Source: Setoptus koraiensis
Lineage: Eukaryota > Animalia > Arthropoda
Reading direction: 5' to 3'
DNA length: 64,000 bases
NCBI GenBank assembly: GCA_048013815.1
Contig: CM106586.1
Span: forward strand, 11,470,001-11,534,000
Shown: piece by piece, positions 11,361 to 23,000 of the stretch
Numbering within the stretch: position 1 is the stretch's first letter
Layout: each line of letters begins with the position of its first letter
The notes under the pieces: generated by a model
Told to the model about the DNA's origin: nothing
The model's input: the letters and a program-made list of their open reading frames with translations, nothing else
Database searches by the model: none
Program-made: the position numbers and the translations under genes

Positions 11361-12167
11361 TCAATCAGCAATGTATAACTCTATCAATCCCTCTTGAGGA
11401 CCAAGTCCAAATATGAAATCATCGTCTCTTGGTGGTGGCAATAATTGTGTCATTGGGCCAGGCTGATAATCATCATTGTTCACCTCATTGGGTTCCTTGG
11501 ATATTGATGATGAATCAGCCGTATCGACTCCATGCAATAATTGTACTGTTATGGGTCCATTATGGGATTTTATGTGAATTCTGTAGCGTTTTTTGTCGTT
11601 GTGGGCCTGATTTTCTTCGTGCAAATTGTTAGAATTGTTATCATTGGTGTGAGTCTGGTTAGGTATGGGTACTTCTAGTTGTGTACCAACCGGTGCTTGT
11701 ACAGCGAATATATTATCATCATCGAATATTTTAATTAAGTCGTCATGTTCAACATAAGCGTACTTTTTACAAGTGGTGTCGTCTGTCAGATTAAATATGG
11801 ATTGTCTACACCACCCGTAAAATGTGTCGATTTCACTTTCTTTCATTTTCAATTCTTTGATTTCATTCTTGATCTCTGTTAACTTATCCGTAACCTCTCT
11901 GGAGTTGCAACCGGGCCCGGCACCAAGCCATTGGATTGAGTTTTTTGATTTTTTCTCTATCAAGCCAATGCCTTCTAGCACATTAGTGATATCGTATATT
12001 CTTCTTTTTTGTCTGACTGCTAATGTGTCGGCGGCCGTCTTGAGATCCAGAATACCTTCATTTGACTCCTGTAATAATGTAACAAATTTTGTAGTTAGTA
12101 AACCTAAGCTCTTTTCGTGCCTCGAAGACGGTCCATTCTCCTCCATCGAGTCCATTATATCATTCAT
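11361..12167 (-). CDS. E2F4: E2F4/5-like transcription factor, 268 aa
   Basis: [15 protein letters not shown]...[31 protein letters not shown]-binding domain, coiled coil, marked box, and C-terminal DFIFGL..EGLIELY pocket-protein-binding motif. E2F4 versus E2F5 cannot be resolved. Confidence 0.92.
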   Translation of the reverse strand: MNDIMDSMEENGPSSRHEKSLGLLTTKFVTLLQESNEGILDLKTAADTLAVRQKRRIYDITNVLEGIGLIEKKSKNSIQWLGAGPGCNSREVTDKLTEIKNEIKELKMKESEIDTFYGWCRQSIFNLTDDTTCKKYAYVEHDDLIKIFDDDNIFAVQAPVGTQLEVPIPNQTHTNDNNSNNLHEENQAHNDKKRYRIHIKSHNGPITVQLLHGVDTADSSSISKEPNEVNNDDYQPGPMTQLLPPPRDDDFIFGLGPQEGLIELYIAD

Positions 12168-12306
12168 ATATAGTCAATCGTAATTATATAATAATGATAA
12201 TGAATAAATGGCGCTAGCGTGATTGTGATATCAATATTTGATAGCAATGGTATTCAAAATGTTGATAACAGTAGTGGTAATAATAACGATTATGATGATA
12301 ATAAAA

Positions 12307-12331
12307 TGAAAACTGCTGTTTTGCGCGAAAC
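12307..12331 (-). promoter_or_regulatory. 25-bp E2F-site element upstream of E2F gene, identical to 10147-10171
   Basis: Plus strand TGAAAACTGCTGTTTTGCGCGAAAC. Further E2F-like sites at 12627-12640 and 12655-12662. Confidence 0.75.
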
Positions 12332-13379
12332 TGCCCCCGCCTGCCAACTTATGAGCTCGCATAGACAAAAATCCTGAACGCGCCCTATACCTTTCACTGT
12401 GCATGCCTCACTAGCAGCGCCAGTACAAACTGCGTTGTGTGAGTGTGTGTGTGTGTGCAGAAAACGTTGTGTGCTGTGGGGATAGAATTTGTGCGCAGAG
12501 CAGTTGCAGAGCGTGTGCCCCTTCACACTTACACACACACACGCACACACACACACTTTTTCCTTTGCCGTCTATTCGGCGTGTGTGCGCTACTCACACA
12601 CACACACGGACAGAAAAGGAACAGTGTTCCCGCGGCGAAAAGCGTTCGTTTTCATTTCGCGCTATTACTTTTACAACAAATATTGGCAGTAACGACAAAA
12701 TAAAGATGGTAAAACATCGACGCCACTAGCTATTTACAATGATATATCGTTGCTCATTATGGCGCTCATTATTCGCCAAACTGTTATGATTTATCACGAC
12801 CGACTTCCAGAAAAGTCTCTCTCTCTCTCTCTTGCTGGTTGTCATGTTACGCGCCGACTGGCGACAACTCACCACCCCGTCGGCTGGTGGTCAGTTGAGC
12901 CCGGCTTTTCGCTAATTAGTCATGCAATCCGTCTTCTTTTGTCTCGCTCTCTCGCCATCAGTTTGCCCACAAACCCAAACTAGCCTTTCGTTAAGCTCCA
13001 TTTTGAGATCTTGTTATCAAGATCACACAACACCACTTACAAAGATAGTGAGGCTGCGGCAACAGCAAATCGACTATCAACTAGTTCATTAGGGAGGCGA
13101 CCTCTCGAGGAACTTTGTCGAACTTGTTATTGTGCACTTTTTCATCGCACTGCCACCGTGGCAGCAACCGCTCTCTGAACAGGTGATCCATAACCGCTTC
13201 TGTTACCTATTTCCATGTGATGTGATTATTTTATTTTTTCGACAATTGCGTAACAGTACTAACAACGAAACCCGGAGACAAAAGATCTTTTCATTTATCT
13301 CATGATATCTATCGAGGATTAATTAAGAGTGCTGCCCGCAACACAGTAAAACACACAGATAGGAGATACGGTGGTTATC

Positions 13380-14051
13380 ATGTTCCAAATGCGCTCAACA
13401 ATCGATGTTGTGTCATTTATTGTTATTGTTAGTATTACAATTATTTCACAATGCAAATGCTTGTACTTTCACATAGGCGAAACGGAAAAACGATGCTTCA
13501 TCGAAGAGATTCCCGATGAAACACTATTGCTTATAGACTACAAGTTACAACTACATGATCCAACTACCGGTGGTTTTATGCAAACCTCGCCCGGATTAGC
13601 GATGCACATAGATCTCAGGGATCCCGATGACAAATTAGCTTTGTCAAAGGTCTATGCTGCCGAGGGACAAGTGGCGTTCACGTCTCACAAACCAGGAGAG
13701 CATGTTATTTGCATTCAATCCAATTCAACTCAGTGGTTCAGTGGAGGAAAACTTAGGGTTCATTTTGATATCAAGACTGGCGAGCATGCCATGGACTACG
13801 ATGCTATCTTGGAGAAGGAAAAGTATTCCAATGCGCAGCTTGCGATAAGAAAACTACAAGATCAAGTTAATCGAGCTACCAAAGAGCTCAATTATCAACG
13901 CGAGGTGGAAAAAGGCTTCAGGGGACTGTCAGAAAATACCAATAATAGTATGTTCTACTGGACAATCGTTCAAATAGTTGTACTAGCTGTAGTCACTGTT
14001 GGCCAAGGCTGGTATCTGAAGCGGTTCTTCATTTCGAAGAAACTAGTTTGA
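13380..14051 (+). CDS. TMED9: p24-alpha family cargo receptor (TMED9/TMED4, eclair-like)
   Basis: Signal peptide, LYFHIGETEKRCFIEEIPDET GOLD domain, coiled coil, TM helix, C-terminal FFISKKLV KKxx retrieval signal. Confidence 0.92.
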   Translation: MFQMRSTIDVVSFIVIVSITIISQCKCLYFHIGETEKRCFIEEIPDETLLLIDYKLQLHDPTTGGFMQTSPGLAMHIDLRDPDDKLALSKVYAAEGQVAFTSHKPGEHVICIQSNSTQWFSGGKLRVHFDIKTGEHAMDYDAILEKEKYSNAQLAIRKLQDQVNRATKELNYQREVEKGFRGLSENTNNSMFYWTIVQIVVLAVVTVGQGWYLKRFFISKKLV

Positions 14052-14834
14052 TAGCAACTATCATGATATTATATTGTATTTTTAATAAATATCTATATGC
14101 AACAGTTATCCCTTCGGTGACTTCAGCGGCTTAAACACTGCAATACCTAACCTACATTTTCAGTTTGTCAGAATGATTCAAAGTGCTGAACTCAATTGGA
14201 GCTAGTCAGTTCCTGCTTGTATGATAACTTTTTTTATATCTACATATTCAGATTCTAGGATCTAGATAAAATAAGTGCCTACATAAACAAAAAATATTAT
14301 TCTTCATTGGAGTTGGAAACATTTTCAATCTACATTTCTACTAAATAAACAACACCCGCGGAACATTGTTTCAACTGTTGTTACCTAGCAACATAATCGA
14401 TCTGGGCGCATCTCATTTTATCAAAAATCAAAGTTTTGATGCTATCGCCGCCAAATATAGACCTAATCGGAGAAAATCTTGACGCACATGTAAAATCATA
14501 GTATAATAAGTGTGCTTACATTGTTATCGTGTCCATACTTCAATTAAAAATAGAATCTTCATAGCAACTGTGACGACAACAGTCTTATCTGTGTACCTTA
14601 GCAAATTAGATTGCACAAATAGATAGTGGGCAGCCTTCACAGTCGGATGACGATTTGTTTTTGTAAAGTTAAATTTGCGAACTTAGACGTTTATAAGAGA
14701 TGTTCATTTCTTGATTTTCGTATTTCATGATTTTCAAACAATCTACAATTTCTACAATCTGCTTTTCAGTCACGATTTTACAGTCCAGTCGATTTTATAC
14801 TTAAGCTTAACAGTATCATTATAGTGAACGTACC

Positions 14835-17014
14835 ATGGCCAAAGAGTTAGGTTAGTAAAATTAGAATATAGCTGCAGAATTGATTTATTGAAGAAAAACG
14901 CTAATAATATACTACTATATCCAGCTATTTTAAGTGTCTATGACAAACATGGATTAATAGAGTTCGCTCGCAACTTGAGTGATGCCGGTTTGCAACTTGT
15001 TGCAAGCGGTGGAACCTCAAAAGCCTTGGAGAAGGCTGGTCTAAAGGTCAAAGATGTTTCGGATATAACGGGATTCCAAGAAATGTTAGGCGTAAGTTAA
15101 ATTAAATACATCACAGTAGACTTGCTGCAATTGTATAACATACTAACTCACTTATTTACCAACAGGGAAGAGTCAAGACCCTACATCCAGCAGTCCATGG
15201 AGGAATATTAGCGCGAAAGATCGATTCTGATATGGAGGATATGAATAGAAATGTAAGCTCCCAAAGAAGTAGCTGCAGAATAATAATGCAGACAATATTC
15301 TGATGCGATTCTTTTATCACTTTTTTTACGGAATATCCATAGAAATTTCAATTGGTAAGAATTGTAGTCTGCAACTTATACCCGTTCGTTGAAACAATTA
15401 GCAAACCCGATGTAACTAACTCGGAGGCTGCGGAACAAGTGGATATTGGTGGAGTTACTTTATTGCGAGCAGCGGCTAAAAATCATCAGCGAGTTACAGT
15501 TGTATGTGACCCGGATGATTACTCTCTGTAAGTACATTTTCATTATACTGTATAAGTTACGTGAATCATGTGATACACCTTCATTGATACAATTCATGGT
15601 TATGTCCTCGAAATAGAATCGCACAAGAGATTCGCGAATATGGTGACACAGCCGCATCGAGGCGCCAAGAGTTAGCAGTGAAGGCGTTCAATCATACTGC
15701 CCAATACGATATGGCCATAGCTGATTATTTTAGGAAGCAATACTTGAATCCAAAGAGTCAAATCAGTCTAAGATATGGTATGAATCCTCAGCAAAAGCCT
15801 GCCCAAGTTTATACCTTGGATCAAAAGTTGCCATTTAAAGTGATAAACGGAAGCCCAGGATACATCAATCTATTAGACGCTCTTAATGGGTGGCAACTGG
15901 TGAAGGAGCTCAAGGTGGCTCTCAACTTACCTGCCGCCACCTCTTTCAAACATGTTAGTCCCGCTGGTGCTGCTGTGGGTGTTCCTCTGGATAAAAAAAT
16001 GGCGAAATTGTGTATGGTGGATGATTTACCTCTAGAAGCCATAACACCCTTGGCAGCTGCATATGCGCGAGCTAGGGGAGCAGATCGTATGTCGTCATTT
16101 GGAGATTTTATTGCCTTATCAGACCCAGTTGATGAAATGACTGCCAAGATAATATCTAGAGAGGTATCAGACGGAGTTATTGCGCCTGGCTTCAGCGAAT
16201 CAGCAGAGAAAATTCTCAAAGCAAAGAAAGGAGGAAACTATTGTATGTTACAGATGGATCCTAATTATGAACCGGCTTCAGATCGTGATCTGAAAATAAT
16301 CTATGGTCTACGACTAGAGCAAGCTCGCAACAAATCTGTTATATCAGAGGATCTTTTTTCAACAGACAATGTAGTCACCAAGCATAAGTCGGTAAGTTGC
16401 TAATCGTCATGCAAAGTAATCTACACTATCAGACTTTTGACAAAATGCTAAGTATACCTCCCTCTGACCTCCAGATAAACGCTAATGCAGTCCGGGACTT
16501 GATAGTAGCTACAATCGCATTGAAGTATACTCAATCCAACTCGGTATGCTATGCCAAGGATGGGCAAGTTATCGGCATAGGAGCGGGTCAACAGTCTAGA
16601 ATTCATTGCATGAGATTGGCAGGTGACAAAGCCGACAATTGGTATATGCGACTACATCCTAAGATAAGAGATATGAAATTCAAAAAAGGTATGAAGCGTA
16701 CTGACATAGCTAATCTGATAGATCTGTACGTCACGGGCAATATAGAGCAGGGTGAGCTGGACAAACACCTGGAAACCCAGACACTATTGTTAACTAAAGA
16801 AGAGCGACAACAAACAACTAGTTCGATGGATGATGTAGCCGTGAGTAGCGATGCATTCTTCCCATTTAGTGACAATATAGAGAGGGCAAATCAATCCGGT
16901 GTTAAGTATATATGCAGCCCGGGTGGTTCAATTAACGACAAGGCCGTTGTGGAGGCTTGCGAAAAATATGGTATCACCTTAATACATACGGGATTGCGTT
17001 TATTCCATCATTGA
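14835..17014 (+). CDS. ATIC: Bifunctional AICAR transformylase/IMP cyclohydrolase (PurH)
   Basis: Exons 14835-14850, 14925-15091, 15166-15252, 15343-15527, 15617-16391 and 16475-17014; all introns GT..AG; 589 aa in frame. Motifs [39 protein letters not shown]. Confidence 0.96.
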
Positions 17015-17068
17015 TTTTTATAATATCAAAAATAAATATACAAAATGCCAATGTCAAAGCTGATGTGA

Positions 17069-17431
17069 TCACTTGTTGGGCTTTGGCCTCTTCTTTAAGC
17101 CATAAAGATTTCCTTTTAGAAGATTTGAATAGGATAACTGGAATTTGTTCATGTCTCTCGGACTAATGGCTGCACTTATTTTCTTATTGCCCAAAGTTGC
17201 TCTTATCAAGCATTTGTACTCATTCGGCATGAGATTTCCACAATATTGCTCTTCCTTCGCGTTTTTATTGGCTCGGTTTGGTTTAACTTTGTCCGAAGGC
17301 TTTCTTGGGTACCTTTTGGTTCTACCGTCATATTTCTTCATGGTAACGAAGACTGAGTTACCTGTGGTCCGTCCTGCTTCGAACATTTTCGATAGCTCCA
17401 ATAGGAACGTTTCGTAATTATCATACAACAT
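17069..17431 (-). CDS. SRP14: Signal recognition particle 14 kDa protein
   Basis: FLLELSKMF..SVFVTMKKYDGRTK..KCLIRATLGNKKIS..KFQLSYSNLLK is the SRP14 signature; ATG at 17431. Confidence 0.93.
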   Translation of the reverse strand: MLYDNYETFLLELSKMFEAGRTTGNSVFVTMKKYDGRTKRYPRKPSDKVKPNRANKNAKEEQYCGNLMPNEYKCLIRATLGNKKISAAISPRDMNKFQLSYSNLLKGNLYGLKKRPKPNK

Positions 17432-17823
17432 TGTTACATAAATTAGGAATCTAAATTGAGTAGAGTAGAACAGCTCCAATTGCGACACCTCGAAATGTGA
17501 ATAACGATCATTTCAGATGTTTTCACTTGTTATTTCAGCGGCTGATTTGAATTCCTTTGTGATCTCGTGCGATCCCAATCACAGTGGTCAACTGTGAGCG
17601 CAATGCGCGAAAAATACACTGCTGATTCTATGGATAGTAAAATGGTATCCACAGATGAAGGGGGATACCAATGCACACGAGTGTATGCAGATTTAAAGAT
17701 TATACCCCCGTTCTGTGCGCCTCTGGCGGACTAAAAAGGAGCGACCGGAAAGACACTGGGAAGAAGGCGCTCTTTAGAGAAGCGCGACTTTCGAAGGTTA
17801 AACTTGTGCTGCGGCCTGCAGGT

Positions 17824-18885
17824 TTATTTGCTTGCACTAGCTTTATTTTTCCAGAATTTTCTGTTAAGTTTTGGCACTCGAACAGGTTCGTTGGGTTTTG
17901 GAGGACGAGACATTATGCCGCCGTATCCAGGGGCAACCATCGGGTTCTTAGCACTTGTTTTAGCACTTGTTTTAGCACTTGTTTTAGCGCTTGTTTGTGG
18001 AGTTGGCTTATTTTTACCTTTTTTCTTGAGGATCCTTTCTTTCTTTTCTTTATTTTTGATCTGACCTTTTTGATCTAGTTTCTTCACAGACCGTATCAAC
18101 CTAACTTTCTTTTTGTTCAAAGCTACCATGTTTTCCAAACTAAATTCTACAATGGGCCTCCTCTGTTTGGTAAAAATCTCCGGGTTATTATTGAGTCTTC
18201 TGAGGATATCGAGTGCGTGCTCGTGCTTGGTCACTTCCACAAATCCAAATCCTTTAGATTTACCTAGTTCTGTAGTTTCAGTATTCTTGCCTTTTTTGTT
18301 CTTCATGACTCTGGCCTCTATAACCTTCACTGTTTTGTCTTTGACTGCATCGATAACGATTTGTTTCAATTTTGCATCGTCCACCGACGGAGGTAGATTG
18401 TGGATACACAACCTAGTTTGACTAACAAAATAATGCAGATTAGTAAGACACTTCCTTTTTCTTTCTTCGAGTTGCATCCTTTTCTTTAAATCTTCTTTGG
18501 ACATCTCATGGGCAACCTCTGACGAGGGCACAATCGCTCCCTCTCTGGCTAAGTACAGGTTACGTTTATCGCGAGTTTTTTCTGGTTTCTTCAACACAGA
18601 TACATCGTCTCGGCTGAGGGCTTCCAATGGAACAATATTTCTGCCGTCAAGATGGAATTTTGTTTGTAGTTCCATGTCCTTGTAGTCGAGAAGACATTGC
18701 TTGGCCTTTGCAGGATCTTTGAATTTGACAAATGCGGTGCCCTTTGCGGTACCTGTTTCCTTATCACGGCATATTAAGGCATACTCTAGTTGGCCAAAAT
18801 TTTCCTCAAACAGTTGCTTGAGCTCGTCGTCCTCGGTGTCGTAGGATAAATTCCGGAGAAAAAGAGTGTCGTTTAGTTTGGCCAT
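17824..18885 (-). CDS. RBM28: RBM28/Nop4-like nucleolar RRM protein, only the two C-terminal RRMs visible
   Basis: TLFLRNLSYDT..KGTAFVKF (RRM3), DKRNLYLAREG linker, TRLCIHNLP..KSKGFGFVE..NNNPEIFTKQRRPIVEFSLEN (RRM4), Lys-rich tail. ORF is open to 18933. Confidence 0.88.
   Translation of the reverse strand: MAKLNDTLFLRNLSYDTEDDELKQLFEENFGQLEYALICRDKETGTAKGTAFVKFKDPAKAKQCLLDYKDMELQTKFHLDGRNIVPLEALSRDDVSVLKKPEKTRDKRNLYLAREGAIVPSSEVAHEMSKEDLKKRMQLEERKRKCLTNLHYFVSQTRLCIHNLPPSVDDAKLKQIVIDAVKDKTVKVIEARVMKNKKGKNTETTELGKSKGFGFVEVTKHEHALDILRRLNNNPEIFTKQRRPIVEFSLENMVALNKKKVRLIRSVKKLDQKGQIKNKEKKERILKKKGKNKPTPQTSAKTSAKTSAKTSAKNPMVAPGYGGIMSRPPKPNEPVRVPKLNRKFWKNKASASK
17949..17996. repeat. 4 x 12-bp tandem repeat encoding TSAK in the RBM28 tail
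   Basis: (TAGCACTTGTTT)x3 plus TAGCGCTTGTTT. Confidence 0.9.
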
Positions 18886-19500
18886 AAATTGATCGATGAT
18901 AGCGTACTCAACTGGAGTGTTAATGTAAGGCAAGTGATGGCTGTAGGAGTTTCTGGTACGTAACTTTCACAACTTGGTTGTCCACTGAACAAAACGCATT
19001 GTGCTTACAGCGCTTTTTAAAATTATTCAAAGAGAGAGAGAGAGAGAGAGAGAGAATGCCGTGTGGAAAGTGGCGCACCTTTATCAGTGCAAGTCCACAC
19101 AATTGTTGGAGTGTTTCGGCCCAGCAGCATTCTATAAAACACAGTGAGCTGCACATGGCACAGAACGTTCAGCAATGGTGCGTGTGCCTCCCATGTTGCG
19201 TAATTATCGTACGGGATGCAGGCTCAGAAAATTAACAATAGAGTAAATTTTTTACCTTGTGTGCGATAAGTGCCCCATGCGTACTATACTGTGTGTCTTG
19301 TACTGTATTGCATCAAATCATGCACTGCGGGCTACAGCGGCTGCAGAATCCGTGAGTTCTTTACATACTATGAGTGTTGCTGGGCAGTCGAGACATCCAC
19401 TTTATGTACAAATCACAGTGATGATACTGTTGCGGGCGACGATGTGGCAGATCACCTGGCGTGTGGGCAGGTGGTCAGCGTGGACACGGCAGCACGTAGA

Positions 19501-20009
19501 TTTTTGTTTTTTTATGTTGGTTGTTTTATGGTGATTTGATTTTGTGTGTGTTTTTTTGTTTTTGTTTTTTTTTGTTTTTTGTTGTTTTTTGTGTTTTTTG
19601 TTTTGTTTTTTTTTGTTTTTTTTTGTTTTTGTTGTGTTTTTTTTTTGTTGTGTTTTTTTTTTGTTTGTTTGTGTTTTTTGTTTGTTTTTTTGTTTTTTTT
19701 GTTTTTTTGTTGTGTTTTTTTTTGTTTTTGTTTTTTTTGTTTTTTTTGTTTTTTTTTGTTTTTGTTTTTTTTTGTTTTTTTTTGTTTTTTGGTTTTTTTT
19801 GTTTTTGTTGTTTTTTTTGTTTTGTTGTTTTGTTTTTTTGTTTTTTTGTTTTTTTGTTTGTTTTTTTTTGTTTTTTTGTTGTTTTTTTTGGTTGTTTTGT
19901 TTTGTTTTTTTTTGTTGTTTTTTTGTTTTTTTTTTTTGTTTTTTGTTTTTTTTTTTTTTTTTTTTTTTTTTTGGGCGTGTGTTTGTTGTTTGTTGTTTTT
20001 TTTGTTTTT

Positions 20010-20040
<31 letters not shown>

Positions 20041-23000
20041 TTTTTTTTGGTTTTGTTTTTTTTTGTTTGTTTTTTTTGTTTTTTTTTTTTTTTGTTTTGT
20101 TTTTTTTTGTTTTTTTTTGTTTTTTTTGTTTTTTTTTGTTTTTTGTTTTTTTGTGTTGTTTTTTTTTGTTTTTTTTGTTTTTTGTTTTTTTTTGTTTTTT
20201 TTTGTTTTTTTTTTTTTTTGTTTTTTTGTTTTTTTTTTTTTGTTTTGTTTTTTTTGTTTGTTTTGTTTTTGTTTGGTTTTTTTTTTTTGTTTTGTTGTTT
20301 GTTTTTTGTTTGTGTTTTTGTGTTTTTTGTTTTTTGGGTTTTTTTTTGGTTTTTTTTTTTTTTTTGTTTTTTTTTTTTTTTTTGTTGTTTTTTGTGTTTT
20401 TTTTGTTTTTTTTTGTTTTGTTTTTTTTTGTGTTTTTTGTTTTTGTTTTTGTTTTGTTTTTTTTGTTTTTGGTGTTTTTTTTTGTTTTTTTTTTTTGTTT
20501 TGTTTTTTTTTGTTTGTTTTGTTTTGTTTTGTTTTTTTTTGTTTTGTTTTTTTTTGTTTTTTTTGTTTTTTTTGTTTTTGTTTTTTTTTTTTTTTTGTTT
20601 TTTGTTGTTTTTTTGTGTTTTTGTTTTTTTTTGTTTTTTGTTTTTTTGTTGTGTTTTTTTTTTTTTTTTGTTGTTTTTGTGTGTCTATTTTTTTTTTTTT
20701 TGTTTTTTGTTTGTTTTGTTTTTTGTTTTGGGTTTTTTTGTTTTGTTTTTTGTTTTTTTTGTTTTTTTGTTTTGTTTTTTGTTTTTTTTTGTTGTTTGTT
20801 TTGTTTTTTTGGTTTTTGTTTTTTTTTGTTTTGTTTTTTTTGTTTGTTTTTGTGTTTGTTTTTGTTTTTTTTTTTTTTTTTTTGGTTTTTGTTTTTGTTT
20901 TTTTGTGTTTTGTTTGTTTTTTTTTGTTGTTGTTTTTGTTTTGTTTTTTGTTGTTTTTGTTTTTTTTGTTTGTTTTTTTTTGTTTTTTGTTTTTTTTTGT
21001 TTGTTTTTTTTGTTTTTTTTTGTTTTTATTTTTTTTTTTTTGTTTTATTTTTTGTTTTTTTTGTTGTTTTGTTTTTGTTTTGTTTTTTTGTTTGTTTTTT
21101 TTTTTGTTTTTTTTGTTTGTTTTTTTTGTTTTTTTGTGTTTTTTTGTTTTTTTTTTTTTTTTTTTTTTTGTGTTTTTTTGTTTTTTTTTTTTTTTTGTTG
21201 TTTTGTTTTTGTTTTTTTGTTTTGTTTTTTTTTTTTTATCTTTTTTTGTTTGTTTTTTTAATTTTTTTTGGTTTTGTTTCTTTGTTTGTTTTTTTTTTTT
21301 TTTTGTTGTTTTTTGGTTTTTGTTTTTTTGTTTTTTTTTGTTTTGTTTTTTTTGTGTGTGTTTTTTGTTTTTGTTTTTTTTTGTTTTTGTTTTGTTTTTT
21401 TGTTTTTTTTGTTTTTTGTTTTGTTGTTTTTTTTTGTGTTTTGTTTTTTTTTGTTTTTTTGTTTTTTTTTTTTTTTTTTGTTTTTTTGTTTGTTTTGTTT
21501 TTTTTTTTTTTTTTTTGTTTTGTTTTTTGTTTTTTTTTGTTTTTTGTGTTTTGTTTTTTTGTTTTGGTTTTTTTTGTTTTTTTTTTTTTTGTTTTTTGTT
21601 TTTTTGTTTGTTGTTTTTTGTTTTTTTGTTTTGGTTTTTTTTTTTGTTTTTTGTTGTTTTTTTGTTATTTGTTTTTGCTTTTTTTTGTTTTGTTTGTTTT
21701 TTTGTTTTTTGTTTTTTGTTTTTGTTTTTTTTTTTGTTTTTTTTCGTTTTTTTTTTTTGTTTTGTTTTTTTTGTTTTTTGGTTTTGTTGTTTTTTTTTTT
21801 GTCTTTGTTTTGTTTTTTTTTGTTTTTTTTGTTGTTTTTTTTTGTTTTGTTTTTTTGGTGTTTTTTTGTTGTTGTTTTGTTGTTTGTTTTTTTTTGTTTG
21901 TTTTTGTTTTTTTTTGTTTTGTTTGTTTTTGTTTTTTTGTTTTTTGTTGTTTTTTGTGTTTTTTTTTGTTTGTTTTGTTTTTTGGTTGTTTTTTTTTGTT
22001 TTTGTTTTTTTTGTTTTGTTTTTTTTTTTTTTTGTTTTTTTTTGTTTTTTTGTTTTTTTTTTTTTTATTTAGGTTTTTTGTGTGTTTTTTGTTTTTTTTG
22101 TGTTTTTTTTGTTTTTGTGTTTTTTGTTTTTGTTTTTGTTTTTTGTTTTTTGTTTTTTGTTTTTTTTTGTTTTTTGTTTGTTTTTTTTGTTTTTGTTTTT
22201 TTTTGTTTTTTTGTTTGTTTTTATTTTGTTTTTGTTTTTTTTTGTTTTGTGTTTTTTTTGTTTGTTTTTTTTTGTTTTTGTTTTGTTGTTTTTTTTTTTT
22301 TTTTTGTTTTTGTTTTTTGTTTTTTTTGTTGTTTTGTGTTTTGTTGTTTTTGTTTTGTTTTTGTGTTTTTTTGTTTTTTGTTTGTTTTTTTGTTTTTTTT
22401 GTTTTGTTTTTTTTTTTTTTTTTGTTTTTTGTTGGGCCATTTTTTTTGTTGGGGGTTTTTTTTTGTTTTTGTTTTTTTGTTTTTTTTTTTTTTGGGGGGT
22501 GTTTTTTATTTTTTTTTTTTTTTTTTTTGTTTTTTTTTGTTTTTTTTTGTTTTTTTTTGTTTGTTTTTTGTTTGTTTTTTTTTATTTTTTTTGTTTTGTT
22601 GTTTTGGTGTGTTTTTTTTTGTTTGTTTTTTTGTTTTTTGTTTTTTGTTGTTTTTTGTTTTTTTTTGTGTGTTTGTTTTTTTTTTTTTTTTTTGTTTTTT
22701 TTTGTTGTGTTTTGTTTTTTTGTGTTTTGTTTTTTTTTGTTGTTTTTTTGTTTTGTTTTGTTTTTTGTTTTTTTTTGTGTTTTTTTTTTTTTTGTTTTTT
22801 TGTTTTGTTTTTTTTTGTTTTTTTTTGTGTGTCTTTTTTTGTTTTTTGTTTTTTTGTGTTTTTTTGTTTTTTTGTTTTTTTGTTTGTTTTTTTTGTTTTT
22901 TTTTGTGTTTTTGTTTTTTGTTTTTTTTTGTTTTTTTTTGTTTTTTTTTGTTTTTTGTATATGTGTATATTTTGTGATATTTGTTTTAATTTTAAATTTA

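Noticed and set aside
16397-16474. N-terminal part of ORF 16397-17014
   Set aside because: Lies in ATIC intron 5 (16392-16474).
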